Assembly: GCA_963729605.1 (NCBI GenBank)
Contig: CAVSNY010000003.1
Coordinates: 1 to 64,000 of the forward strand
From: an uncultured Gammaproteobacteria bacterium
GTDB taxonomy: Bacteria; Pseudomonadota; Gammaproteobacteria; DRLM01
Length of the DNA stretch: 64,000 nt
Reading direction: 5' to 3'
Part shown: positions 50,475 through 59,930 of the stretch, piece by piece
Position numbering within the stretch: position 1 is the stretch's first letter
Layout: each line of letters opens with the position of its first letter
Notes under the pieces: model-generated
What the model was told of the DNA's origin: nothing
The model's database searches: none
Seen by the model: only the letters and a program-made list of their open reading frames with translations
Position numbers and translations under genes: made by a program

Positions 50475-50695
50475 AAGATCGAAAAGAATTGACGGCCTAC
50501 GATCACGACGCCCGCGTGACGTTGGATCATCTCAAAAGTCCGCCCGAGTGCAACGGCCGGCTGGGCGCCATCGCATTGGCATCGGCGATCATTTGAGTTT
50601 CGCCGCGCGATGATCCCGAACATGTTGGCGGCCGTGTTTTTTACGCGACGGATATTCACAAGCGTTCACCCGGGCAAATGACGACCTTGCTCGGC
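50475..50695 (+). pseudogene. Dienelactone hydrolase-family internal fragment with several frameshifts
   Basis: Frame-corrected KELTAYDHDARVTLDHLKSPPECNGRLGAI/IGIGDHLSF/AMIPNMLAAV/FYATDIHKRS resembles DLH (LG..G.CIGGHL..RAA...FYATDIH). No start or end is present. Confidence 0.7.
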
Positions 50696-50734
50696 GGTGA
50701 ATGCAAGATTCGCATTGCCGGCGCGGCCGCGCGT

Positions 50735-52525
50735 TCACACCTCGAACTGCAAACTCGCCAGCCGCGCGTAAAGCCCGCTCTGCTTGCGCAAATCGGCCGG
50801 CGTGCCGGTTTCGACGATGCGGCCTTGTTCCAGTACGACGATGCGATCGGCCTTTTGCACGGTAGCGAGGCGGTGGGCGATGATGAGCGTGGTGCGTCCC
50901 TCCATCGCGGCGTTGAGTCCCCGTTGCACCAGAATCTCGGATTCGGCGTCGAGTGCGCTGGTGGCTTCGTCGAGCAGCAACAGCGGCGCGTCTTTCAATA
51001 TCGCGCGGGCGATCGCGATGCGCTGGCGCTGGCCGCCGGAGAGGCGGGTGCCGCGTTCGCCGAGGAAGGTTTGATAACCGTCCGGCAGGCGGTCGATGAA
51101 GACGTCCACCAGGGCGGCCCGCGCGGCGGCCATTACTTCCGCGTCGCTGGCGGCGGGGCGGCCGTAGCGAATATTTTCCAAGGCGTTGGCCGAGAAGATC
51201 ACCGGGTCTTGCGGGACGATGGCGATTTTATCGCGCAAGTCGTGCAAGGAAAGATCGCGGATGTCCTGACCGTTGAGGTGAATGCTGCCCGCCGAGACGT
51301 CGTAAAAACGCAGCAGGAGCTGGAAGAGGGTGGTCTTGCCCGCGCCGGACGGGCCGACCAGCGCTACGCTTGCGCCGGGCGCGATGGTGAGATCAATGTC
51401 GGCAAGGGCCGCGCTGTGCGGCCGCGCCGGATAATAAAACGTCACGTGGTCGAAGCGGAGGGCGGCCTGTTGAGGCTGCACCGGCGCTTGCGGTGCGGTG
51501 CGCTCGAGGATGGCGGATTCGGCGCGCAGCAATTCCAGCAGCCGCTCGGTGGCGCCGGCGGCGCGCATCACGTCGCCCCACACTTCCGCCAGAGTGCCGA
51601 CCCCGCCCGCCACCAAGGCCGCGTAGAGGATGAACGATGCCAGTTCGCCGCCGGTCATCGTACCGTCATGCACCTGGTTGGCGCCCAGCCACAATACGAA
51701 GATGATGGTGCCCATCACCGCGATGATGATCATTGCGGTGAGCGCCGCGCGCACACGGGTGCGGCGGATCGCCGCGGCGAAACTGGTATCGACCCGCTCG
51801 CTGAAGCGTTGGCTTTCGCGCGGCTCCTGGGTATAGGCCTGCACAGTCGGCATCGCATTGAGAATTTCGCCGGCCAGCGCCGAGGCGTCGGCGATTTTGT
51901 CCTGCGACTCGCGCGAGAGTTTGCGGAGTTTGCGGCCGATGAGAAAGATCGGCAGCGCCAGCAGGGCCATCAGACCGAGGTTGATGGAGAATAAATAAAA
52001 GCTGGTGACCGCCAGCATGATCATGCCGCCGATGAATTGGAACAGGCTGCGCAGGCCCATCGAAATCGAACTGCCGACCACGGTCTGGATCAGCGTGGTG
52101 TCGCCGGTCAGCCGCGACAGCACCTCGCCGGTTTGCAGGGTCTCGAAAAATTGCGGCGACTGGCGCAGCATCCGCGCGTAGACCGCGCTGCGCAAATCCG
52201 CGGTCACCCGTTCGCCGACCCAGGTGACGGCGTAATAACGCGCCGACACCGCCAGCGCCCACAGGCTGGCCAGCCCGAACAGCGCGGCGAAGTGGCCGTT
52301 CAGGCTGAGCGCGCCCAATAATCCGTCATTGGTTTTGCCGCCCTGACCGAAACCGAAATCGATGAGGTCGCGAAACGCGAGCGGCACCAGCAGTATCGTG
52401 CCCGATCCGAGACACAGCAACAGAAAGGCCAGCGTCATCTGGCGGCGGTAAGGCCGCAGGAAAGGCCACAAATCCCGCAGAACGGATAAGCGGCGCGGCG
52501 CGGCGGACGGGGCGGAAGTGGAGAT
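50735..52525 (-). CDS. ABC exporter, fused permease/ATPase (MsbA-related family)
   Basis: TM domain, GPSGAGKT, LSGGQRQR, LLLDEATSALD. Start uncertain: ATC at 52525 behind an RBS, or TTG at 52471. Confidence 0.93.
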   Translation of the reverse strand: MSTSAPSAAPRRLSVLRDLWPFLRPYRRQMTLAFLLLCLGSGTILLVPLAFRDLIDFGFGQGGKTNDGLLGALSLNGHFAALFGLASLWALAVSARYYAVTWVGERVTADLRSAVYARMLRQSPQFFETLQTGEVLSRLTGDTTLIQTVVGSSISMGLRSLFQFIGGMIMLAVTSFYLFSINLGLMALLALPIFLIGRKLRKLSRESQDKIADASALAGEILNAMPTVQAYTQEPRESQRFSERVDTSFAAAIRRTRVRAALTAMIIIAVMGTIIFVLWLGANQVHDGTMTGGELASFILYAALVAGGVGTLAEVWGDVMRAAGATERLLELLRAESAILERTAPQAPVQPQQAALRFDHVTFYYPARPHSAALADIDLTIAPGASVALVGPSGAGKTTLFQLLLRFYDVSAGSIHLNGQDIRDLSLHDLRDKIAIVPQDPVIFSANALENIRYGRPAASDAEVMAAARAALVDVFIDRLPDGYQTFLGERGTRLSGGQRQRIAIARAILKDAPLLLLDEATSALDAESEILVQRGLNAAMEGRTTLIIAHRLATVQKADRIVVLEQGRIVETGTPADLRKQSGLYARLASLQFEV

Positions 52526-52734
52526 GGCGTAACCTCTGCTGGCTTGATTTGGATGATGACGACAGTGCGTTTACTGTAGCAGATTCACCCGCTCGACGAT
52601 GCGCTGGCGGGGATGGCTGCACCGCGGTTTGCTGTATGCTGGTACCATGGACTTTTTAGTCATGGTCCGTTGCTAAGCCGCGGACATTCAGCCAACAACC
52701 CATCTTCAACCAACATGGTTTAACATACCGGATC

Positions 52735-53202
52735 ATGATGTCGGCCGTCGTTACTCCCTTTCTTATCGCTCACATCGGCTTGTTGCGTGACAGCTACCGG
52801 CATTGGACCGGCGCAAGCCTGCTGCCGCCAAGCCTCGATCCGCTCGCCGCCGTGCGCGCCCTCGACGAGGCGCCGTTCGCGGTGGTGTCGCATGGCACGC
52901 AGCCCGATCCGATTTTTAATTACGGCAACCGTCTCGCCTTGAGCCTGTTCGAAATGGACTGGAATGAATTTACCCGTCTGCCCTCGCGGCTGTCCGCGGA
53001 GGCGGTCAATCAAGCCGAACGGCGGCAACTGCTGGCGCAAGTCAGCGCCCAGGGTTATTCGGACGATTACTGCGGAATACGCATCGCCAAAACCGGCCGG
53101 CGTTTCCTGATCCGCGCCGCCACGATATGGAATCTGGTCGATGGTGAAGACGGTTATCACGGTCAAGCGGCGGTGATCCGCGCGTGGGAGGACCTAGCAT
53201 AG
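52735..53202 (+). CDS. MEKHLA-domain protein
   Basis: APFAVVSHGTQPDPIFNYGN..AL.LFE...LPSRLSAE...GIRIAKTGRRF.I..A.IWNL. Confidence 0.92.
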   Translation: MMSAVVTPFLIAHIGLLRDSYRHWTGASLLPPSLDPLAAVRALDEAPFAVVSHGTQPDPIFNYGNRLALSLFEMDWNEFTRLPSRLSAEAVNQAERRQLLAQVSAQGYSDDYCGIRIAKTGRRFLIRAATIWNLVDGEDGYHGQAAVIRAWEDLA

Positions 53203-53226
53203 GGCGGCCACGCGATCGCGCCGCCG

Positions 53227-53835
53227 CTATTTGGCGGCGGCTTCCATCTCCCTCGCTGCCTGCACGGCGGGACGGCCGCCGACGCGGGCGAGATAATCGC
53301 CGATCTTCGGCCAGCGCTGCAAATCGATATTGAGGGGTTTAGCCCAACTGAGCACGGTGAACAGATAGGCATCCGCGACGGTGAAGTTATCGCCCATTAA
53401 AAAAGATTTTTCGCGCAGACGCTGTTCGACATGATCGAAGCGTCGCGCCAATTGAGTGATTTGGGCTTCGCGCGCCGCGGGTGTAATGTCGGGTTTGAAC
53501 AGCGGGCTGAAGACTTTGTGGATCTCGGTGCTGATGAAGTGCAGCCACTCCATCAAGCGGTAACGCGCCATCGTGCCGGCGGGCGGCGCCAGTCCGGATT
53601 CCGGCTTTTGATCGGCGAGATATTGCAGAATCACCGCGGCCTCGGTGAGCACTTGGCCGTCATCCAGGCGCAGGGCGGGAACGTAGCCCTTGGGATTAAT
53701 ATCGTTATAGTCTTCACCGCCCGCGGTCTTGCGGGTGCTCCGATCGAGTTTGTCCACTTCATGCTTAAAACCCGCTTCATGCAGGATGACGTGGGGGGCG
53801 AACGAACAGGCGCCGGGCATATAATAGAGTTTCAT
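53227..53835 (-). CDS. gstA: Glutathione S-transferase (beta class)
   Basis: MKLYYMPGACS, NPKGYVPAL, TEIHK, FTVADAYLF. Confidence 0.93.
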   Translation of the reverse strand: MKLYYMPGACSFAPHVILHEAGFKHEVDKLDRSTRKTAGGEDYNDINPKGYVPALRLDDGQVLTEAAVILQYLADQKPESGLAPPAGTMARYRLMEWLHFISTEIHKVFSPLFKPDITPAAREAQITQLARRFDHVEQRLREKSFLMGDNFTVADAYLFTVLSWAKPLNIDLQRWPKIGDYLARVGGRPAVQAAREMEAAAK

Positions 53836-54072
53836 CTGAATTCCTTTCCATATGGCTGGTATTTGTCGCGGGTCAGCATTTTATCGAGGGTAGTGCCGGC
53901 GGGGCGGCCGCTACAGATTAACCGATCACGGCTTGCTTGCCACGCCTTGTCAACGATGGACCACGCTAGTTCATACTCTACACACGGTTCGTGTTCGATA
54001 GCGAATATCCGTCCGACGCCGCTGGTATGGCGTATGATTCAAATATTCTTCGCCATTCTCCGGGAGGTGGTT

Positions 54073-55302
54073 ATGTCCGCCAGGAATATTAAGGGAACAT
54101 GTTTAGCGCGGCCCCGCGCTTTGCTGGGGCTGGTGTTGGCGCTGTGCGGATCGCCGACCGTGCTGGCGAATACCGACGCGCTCACGCTGGTCGAACAACA
54201 AATCACGGTCGCGGGCGAGCCGCGGGTGGTGCGGGTGCCCGAGGGTTATCGCCTCGAGCTGCTCGCCGTTCTGGAAGAGCCGCGTCTGCCCAGCTTCGCC
54301 GCCAACGGCGATCTCTTCATTCCTTCCAAGTCGGGTAAAGTGTATCGGCTGCCGCCGCCGTATACCCGGCCGGAGGTGCTGGTGACGCTTAACCGTTATC
54401 CTCACAGCATCGCGTTTCGCGGCGCCGAGGTGTTGATCGCCCAGACCAACGGCGTGTATCGCGCGGCGTATCGGCCCGGCCAGGCGCGTATCGTGCGTGA
54501 CGACGTGTCGCTGCTCGCGGCTTTGCCCGGCGGCCGGGGACACAGCAGCCGCACGGTGGGCGTCGGCCCCGACGGCCGTGTCTACGCCAGCCTGGGTATC
54601 AGCGGCAATTGCAGCGATCAATATCTCGGCGAGGGTTATCCCTTCGAGGAGCAGCGTGGCGGGGTACTGGTGCTGCGCGAGGACGTGAAGCCGCCGCGCT
54701 GGGAAACCTATGCCAGCGGGCTGCGTAATCCGGTGGGTTTCGCCTGGCATCCGCGCACCGGTGTGTTATACGCCAGCAACAACGGTCCGGATCATCAGGG
54801 ATTCGATCAGCCGCCGGAATATTTCAGCCGTCTCGGCGCCGGGTCGTTTCACGGCATGCCGTGGTTTCAATTCGACGGCAAGACGCTGCGCCGCGACGAT
54901 TGCATAACGCGCGTGCCGCCGCGGCCGATGGGTGATGTTACGCTTCCGGTGGCGACCTTTCCGTCGCGCAATGCGCCGCTGGGAATGGCCTTCGTGCCGC
55001 AAGGCGCGCTGGATCCGCGTTTGGAATTCGACGCGGTGGTGGCTTTGCACGGCTCATGGGGCACGCAGCCCAGCGGCGGTTTCATCGGCGACGCGGCCTC
55101 GCGCCGTCCGCCCAAGCTGGTGGCGGTGCGTTTCGAGCAAGGTGAAGCCAAACGTGTCGATGATCTTGTCACCGGTTTTCAATTGGCGGATGGCAAACGC
55201 TGGGCGCGCCCAGCGGGCGTGGCAATCGGCCCCGATGGCGCTTTGTATTTCACGAGCGATGACGAGACGAGCGGCTTGTTTCGGCTTCAACGTGTGCGGT
55301 GA
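54073..55302 (+). CDS. Glucose/sorbosone dehydrogenase-family beta-propeller protein
   Basis: GGAGG RBS, signal peptide, ASGLRNPVG, APLGMAF, ALHGSW, RPAGVAIGPDGALY. Confidence 0.88.
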   Translation: MSARNIKGTCLARPRALLGLVLALCGSPTVLANTDALTLVEQQITVAGEPRVVRVPEGYRLELLAVLEEPRLPSFAANGDLFIPSKSGKVYRLPPPYTRPEVLVTLNRYPHSIAFRGAEVLIAQTNGVYRAAYRPGQARIVRDDVSLLAALPGGRGHSSRTVGVGPDGRVYASLGISGNCSDQYLGEGYPFEEQRGGVLVLREDVKPPRWETYASGLRNPVGFAWHPRTGVLYASNNGPDHQGFDQPPEYFSRLGAGSFHGMPWFQFDGKTLRRDDCITRVPPRPMGDVTLPVATFPSRNAPLGMAFVPQGALDPRLEFDAVVALHGSWGTQPSGGFIGDAASRRPPKLVAVRFEQGEAKRVDDLVTGFQLADGKRWARPAGVAIGPDGALYFTSDDETSGLFRLQRVR

Positions 55303-55470
55303 CTCGACGCCGTCCTACGGTCAATGGCAAGCCGGGTCGTTTTAAGGAACTCTAAAAATCGTTCAGCCGCCAAGGTCGCCAATAAAAATTTCGGCGATTA
55401 CCAGAGAACTCTTGGCGTTCTTAGCGGCTCCATATGATAATCCCGAAAAATTCACGGAACAGGAGGTAGC

Positions 55471-56547
55471 ATGTCTTTGTTGTTTTCGACGTTTCAATTG
55501 GGTTCCCTGCAATTGCAAAACCGTTTGGTGATGGCGCCGATGACCCGCAATCGCGCCATCGGCAACGTCCCCAATGAATTGATGGTGGAGTATTACCGCC
55601 AGCGGGCGTCGGCGGGATTGATCATTACCGAAGGCACCTCGCCGTCGCCCAACGGCCTGGGTTATGCGCGCATCCCGGGTATTTTTTCCGAGGCGCAGGT
55701 GGCGGGCTGGCGTGCCGTCACCGCGGCCGTGCATCGGGGCGGCGCGAAATTTTTTATGCAGTTGATGCACACCGGACGGATCGGTCATGCCTTGAATCTG
55801 CCGGCCGGCGCGCGGGTGCTGGGGCCGTCGGCGGTGGCCGCCGCCGGCGAGATGTACACCGATACGCAAGGCATGCAGCCGCAGCCGGTGCCGGAGGCGA
55901 TGAGTGACGCTGATATCAAGACCGCCGTCGCCGAGTTCGCGCAGGCGGCGCGCAATGCGATGCAGGCGGGTTTCGACGGGATAGAGCTGCATGGCGCCAA
56001 CGGTTATTTGCTGGAGCAGTTCATCCGCCCGAATTCCAATCAGCGTCAGGATAATTACGGTGGCGGCATCGAGAACCGCGCGCGTTTCGTACTGGAGGTG
56101 GTGGACGCGGTGAGCGCGGCGATCGGCAAGGACAAGGTCGGCATCCGTTTGTCGCCTTACGGGGTGTTCAACGACATGCCGCTCTATGACGCGATGGAGG
56201 CCGATTACATTTATCTGGCCCGGCAGCTCGACGCGCGCGGTGTGGTGTACGTGCATCTGGTCGATCACACCGCGATGGGCGCGCCGGCGGTGCCCGCGTC
56301 GATCAAGGATGCCATCCGCAAATATTTTCGCGGCGTATTGATCCTCTCGGGCGGTTACGACGCGGTGCGGGCCGAGGCCGATCTGGCCGCGGGCAAGGCC
56401 GACTTGATTGCGGTGGCGCGGCCTTTTCTCGCCAATCCCGACCTGCCGGCGCGTTGGCGGACGCGGGCGGCCTTGAACGAACCCGACTTCAGCACCTTCT
56501 ATACGCCGGGAGAAAAGGGCTATATCGATTATCCCGCCTTGACGTAA
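55471..56547 (+). CDS. nemA: Old yellow enzyme alkene reductase (NemA-like)
   Basis: MAPMTR, YYRQRASAGLIITEG, ELHGANGYL, GYIDYP. Confidence 0.93.
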   Translation: MSLLFSTFQLGSLQLQNRLVMAPMTRNRAIGNVPNELMVEYYRQRASAGLIITEGTSPSPNGLGYARIPGIFSEAQVAGWRAVTAAVHRGGAKFFMQLMHTGRIGHALNLPAGARVLGPSAVAAAGEMYTDTQGMQPQPVPEAMSDADIKTAVAEFAQAARNAMQAGFDGIELHGANGYLLEQFIRPNSNQRQDNYGGGIENRARFVLEVVDAVSAAIGKDKVGIRLSPYGVFNDMPLYDAMEADYIYLARQLDARGVVYVHLVDHTAMGAPAVPASIKDAIRKYFRGVLILSGGYDAVRAEADLAAGKADLIAVARPFLANPDLPARWRTRAALNEPDFSTFYTPGEKGYIDYPALT

Positions 56548-56571
56548 CGGGATCTGTCTACCGAGCGCCTT

Positions 56572-56617
56572 CCCCCTCACCCTCTCCCGCTCGCGGGAGA
56601 GGGGTTGAGAACGGGGG
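56572..56617. repeat. REP-like palindromic element
   Basis: Core CCCTCTCCCGC-TC-GCGGGAGAGGG perfect hairpin downstream of nemA. Confidence 0.6.
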
Positions 56618-56836
56618 TGAAAACTGTCCGATTATCGATGGCCGAGGATCAAACGGGAGAAGACGATTTATTAGGTCGAACATCGCGGCGAATCGGATGA
56701 AACGCGACGGCGACCCGGTGATGGTTCGACGCGCGGCGCGGCGGGGTTCGCGAGCGGGCCGTCATGCGGATGGAATCGGCGGCCGGTGTAATTCGACGCA
56801 AGACGTCCGCGCCGTTACCCGCTACAATACGGCCCC

Positions 56837-57952
56837 ATGTCTGGTAACAGCTTCGGCACCTTATTTACTGTCACATCCTTCGGCGAGAGCCACGGCCCGG
56901 CGCTGGGCGCCATCGTGGACGGCTGTCCGCCGGGCATGACCTTGAGCGAGGCGGATATCCAACACGATCTGGACCGCCGCAAGCCCGGCACCTCGCGCCA
57001 CACCACCCAGCGCCGCGAGCCCGACGCGGTGCAGATACTCTCCGGGGTGTTCGAGGGCAAGACCACCGGCACGCCCATCGGCCTGTTGATTCACAACGAA
57101 GATCAGCGTTCCAAGGATTATTCCAAGATCGCCGGGCAGTTCCGGCCCGGCCACGCCGACTACACGTATCAGCAGAAATACGGTTTCCGCGATTACCGCG
57201 GCGGCGGCCGTTCCTCGGCGCGCGAGACCGCGATGCGCGTCGCGGCGGGCGCCATCGCCAAGAAATATCTGCGCGAGCGTTACGGCGTGGAGATCCGCGG
57301 CTATCTCGCCCAGCTCGGGCCGATCCGCACCGATGATCGTGCCTTCGATTGGAACGAGGTCGATAACAATTTCTTCTTCTGTCCCGACGCGAATAAGGTG
57401 GCGGAACTCGAGGCCTACATGGACGCGCTGCGCAAGGAGGGCGACTCCATCGGCGCGCGCATCAATGTGGTGGCCGCCGGTGTGCCGCCGGGCTGGGGCG
57501 AGCCGGTGTTCGATCGGTTGGATGCCGACATCGCCAAGGCGCTGATGTGCATCAACGCCGTGAAGGGCGTCGAGGTCGGCGCCGGTTTCGCCAGCGTCGA
57601 GCAGAAGGGCACGCAGCACCGCGACGAGATCACGCCACAGGGCTTTTTGAGCAATAACGCGGGCGGGGTACTCGGCGGCATTTCCACGGGGCAGGACATC
57701 GTCGCGAGCCTCGCGCTGAAACCGACCTCGAGCCTGCGTCTGCCCGGCCGCAGCGTCGATATCCACGGCGAACCGGTGGAGGTCATCACCACCGGCCGCC
57801 ACGATCCCTGCGTCGGCATCCGCGCCACGCCCATCGCCGAGGCCATGCTGGCGCTGGTATTGATGGATCACTGCCTGCGCCATCGCGCGCAGAATCCGGA
57901 CGTGCGTTCGGATACGCCGGTGATTCCCGCCCGCGCGCCCGGCGCGGAATAG
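56837..57952 (+). CDS. aroC: Chorismate synthase
   Basis: [26 protein letters not shown]. Confidence 0.98.
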   Translation: MSGNSFGTLFTVTSFGESHGPALGAIVDGCPPGMTLSEADIQHDLDRRKPGTSRHTTQRREPDAVQILSGVFEGKTTGTPIGLLIHNEDQRSKDYSKIAGQFRPGHADYTYQQKYGFRDYRGGGRSSARETAMRVAAGAIAKKYLRERYGVEIRGYLAQLGPIRTDDRAFDWNEVDNNFFFCPDANKVAELEAYMDALRKEGDSIGARINVVAAGVPPGWGEPVFDRLDADIAKALMCINAVKGVEVGAGFASVEQKGTQHRDEITPQGFLSNNAGGVLGGISTGQDIVASLALKPTSSLRLPGRSVDIHGEPVEVITTGRHDPCVGIRATPIAEAMLALVLMDHCLRHRAQNPDVRSDTPVIPARAPGAE

Positions 57953-58008
57953 CGGGCGGCCTCGGCCGTGCCGCGCCCTCGTTTCACTTGAATTCCAGCG
58001 AGCGATCC

Positions 58009-59148
58009 ATGCCGGTGCCTTATTGGAGGCTCTCTGGCTTTTATCTGTTTTATTTCGCGTCCCTCGGCGCGCTGCTGCCTTATTGGTCGCTGTATTTGGA
58101 GAACCTCGGATTTTCCGCGGTGGCCATCGGCCAGTTGATGGCGCTGATGATGATGACCAAGATCGTCTCGCCCAATGTGTGGGGTTGGATCGCCGATCAC
58201 ACCGGCCGGCGCATGCGCATCGTGCGGCTGGGATCGCTCGCCGCGGCGCTGACCTTCGCCGGGGTGCTGTTGGGCGATGAATTCTGGTGGCTGGCGCTGG
58301 TGATGATCGCCTTCAGTTTTTTTTGGAACGCGGCGCTGCCGCAATTTGAAGTCATTACCCTCAATCATCTCGGCGCGCAGTCGCATCGTTACACCAATAT
58401 CCGTCTGTGGGGGTCCATCGGCTTCATCGGCGCCGTGGCGGGTTTGGGTATGTTGCTCGATCGCTTCGGCACCGGGTTATTGCCCATGGCGCTGCTGACG
58501 CTGTTCGCGGCCATTTGGCTGAGTACCTTGTGGGTGCCGGAGCGCGCCGCGCCGGCGATGCCGGCGGTCCATGAACCGTTGAGCCGGGTGTTGCGGCAAC
58601 CGCAGGTTCTGGCGCTGCTGGGTGTGTGTTTTTTGATGCAGGCCAGTCACGGGCCTTATTACACCTTTTATACGATTTATCTCGAAGGCCACGGTTATTC
58701 GCGCAGCCTGATCGGCCAGTTGTGGGCGTTGGGGGTGATCGCCGAGGTGGGAATTTTTCTGGTGATGCACCGCCTGGTGCCGCGCTTCGGTTTGCGCAAG
58801 CTGCTGCTGGCCAGCGTGGCCTTGGCGGGGCTGCGCTGGTTGCTGATCGCCTGGTTCGTGGACAGCTTGCCGGTGTTGGTGGGCGCGCAACTTTTGCATG
58901 CCGCGACCTTCGGGGTGTTTCACGGCGTGGCGATTCAGTTGATACACCGTTATTTTCAGGGACGTCATCAAGGGCGCGGTCAGGCTTTATATAGTAGTCT
59001 GAGTTTTGGCGCGGGCGGGGCCTTGGGCGCCTTGTACAGCGGCTTCACCTGGGACGCCGCGGGACCCACGGTGAGTTATGTCACCGCGGCGTTGATCAGC
59101 GGGTTGGCGTGGCTGTTGGCGTGGCGTACGCTGCGGGTATCGCACTGA
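58009..59148 (+). CDS. MFS transporter (HcaT/MFS_1-like)
   Basis: About 12 TM helices, IRLWGSIGF, QLLHAATFG, GQALY. Confidence 0.92.
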   Translation: MPVPYWRLSGFYLFYFASLGALLPYWSLYLENLGFSAVAIGQLMALMMMTKIVSPNVWGWIADHTGRRMRIVRLGSLAAALTFAGVLLGDEFWWLALVMIAFSFFWNAALPQFEVITLNHLGAQSHRYTNIRLWGSIGFIGAVAGLGMLLDRFGTGLLPMALLTLFAAIWLSTLWVPERAAPAMPAVHEPLSRVLRQPQVLALLGVCFLMQASHGPYYTFYTIYLEGHGYSRSLIGQLWALGVIAEVGIFLVMHRLVPRFGLRKLLLASVALAGLRWLLIAWFVDSLPVLVGAQLLHAATFGVFHGVAIQLIHRYFQGRHQGRGQALYSSLSFGAGGALGALYSGFTWDAAGPTVSYVTAALISGLAWLLAWRTLRVSH

Positions 59149-59261
59149 CGCCGTCATGGGCCGTGAGAAATTGACGGGATGGCGGGGGATGCGTATCATC
59201 GCCGACTTCGCACGGACCTGGGTTTCACGAGGGAGTGAAGACCGCCTTGTGAATGGATGAG

Positions 59262-59338
59262 CGGGGTATAGCGCAGTCTGGTAGCGCGCCTGCTTTGGGA
59301 GCAGGAAGTCGTGGGTTCGAATCCCTCTACCCCGACCA
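59262..59338 (+). tRNA. tRNA-Pro(TGG)
   Basis: Cloverleaf, anticodon arm cctgc-ttTGGga-gcagg, encoded CCA. Confidence 0.96.
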
Positions 59339-59496
59339 CTTAGCGGGCGGACCTGCGAGGCGACCAGTTGGGACTTGACCGCAGGTGTCGTGTAAGGCTT
59401 GGCCCGTGAGTTCACCGCTTTAATGAGGCGGAATCGAGTTCAACGAGGTGAAGCAACAGCGCCATGATAGAGGGCAGGCGGCTGTTCGCAATGTCT

Positions 59497-59573
59497 GCGC
59501 CCGTAGCTCATCTGGACAGAGCATCGGCCTTCTAAGCCGAGGGTAGCAGGTTCGAGTCCTGCCGGGCGCGCCA
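59497..59573 (+). tRNA. tRNA-Arg(TCT)
   Basis: Anticodon arm tcggc-ctTCTaa-gccga, encoded CCA. Confidence 0.96.
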
Positions 59574-59626
59574 ATCTTTGATATGATGCGCGCGCGGTGC
59601 AGCGACTGTCCGCGAACGGTTTAATG

Positions 59627-59702
59627 GTGGGCGTAGCTCAGTTGGTAGAGCCCCGGATTGTGATTCCGGTTGTCGCGGGTTCGAGTCCCGTCGTCCACCC
59701 CA
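59627..59702 (+). tRNA. tRNA-His(GTG)
   Basis: Anticodon arm ccgga-ttGTGat-tccgg, G-1 at 59626, encoded CCA. Confidence 0.96.
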
Positions 59703-59764
59703 CTTTAATACTTGTATTGCCGGGTCCGTCGGCAATGCCTGGATAAAGATTTTTAGCGAGTTGC

Positions 59765-59840
59765 GGGCCATTAGCTCAATTGGTAGAGCAGCGGACTCTT
59801 AATCCGTTGGTTGTAGGTTCAAGTCCTACATGGCCCACCA
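59765..59840 (+). tRNA. tRNA-Lys(CTT)
   Basis: Anticodon arm gcgga-ctCTTaa-tccgt, encoded CCA. Confidence 0.96.
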
Positions 59841-59930
59841 AATAGTTCGCTCTTTATCTCAAATCTTCTTGCGCGCCCCCTAAAAATAAAGGCATGCTAA
59901 TCGTCCGATATTTGGCCTATGGTATTGACC

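Noticed and set aside
53431-54072. N-terminal 214 aa of the 623-aa ORF
   Set aside because: It overlaps gstA on the opposite strand; the RBS and signal peptide place the start at 54073.
59311-59327. U-U mismatch in the T-stem of tRNA-Pro (gtggg/ccctc)
   Set aside because: A single tolerated mismatch or base-call error; the rest of the cloverleaf is canonical.
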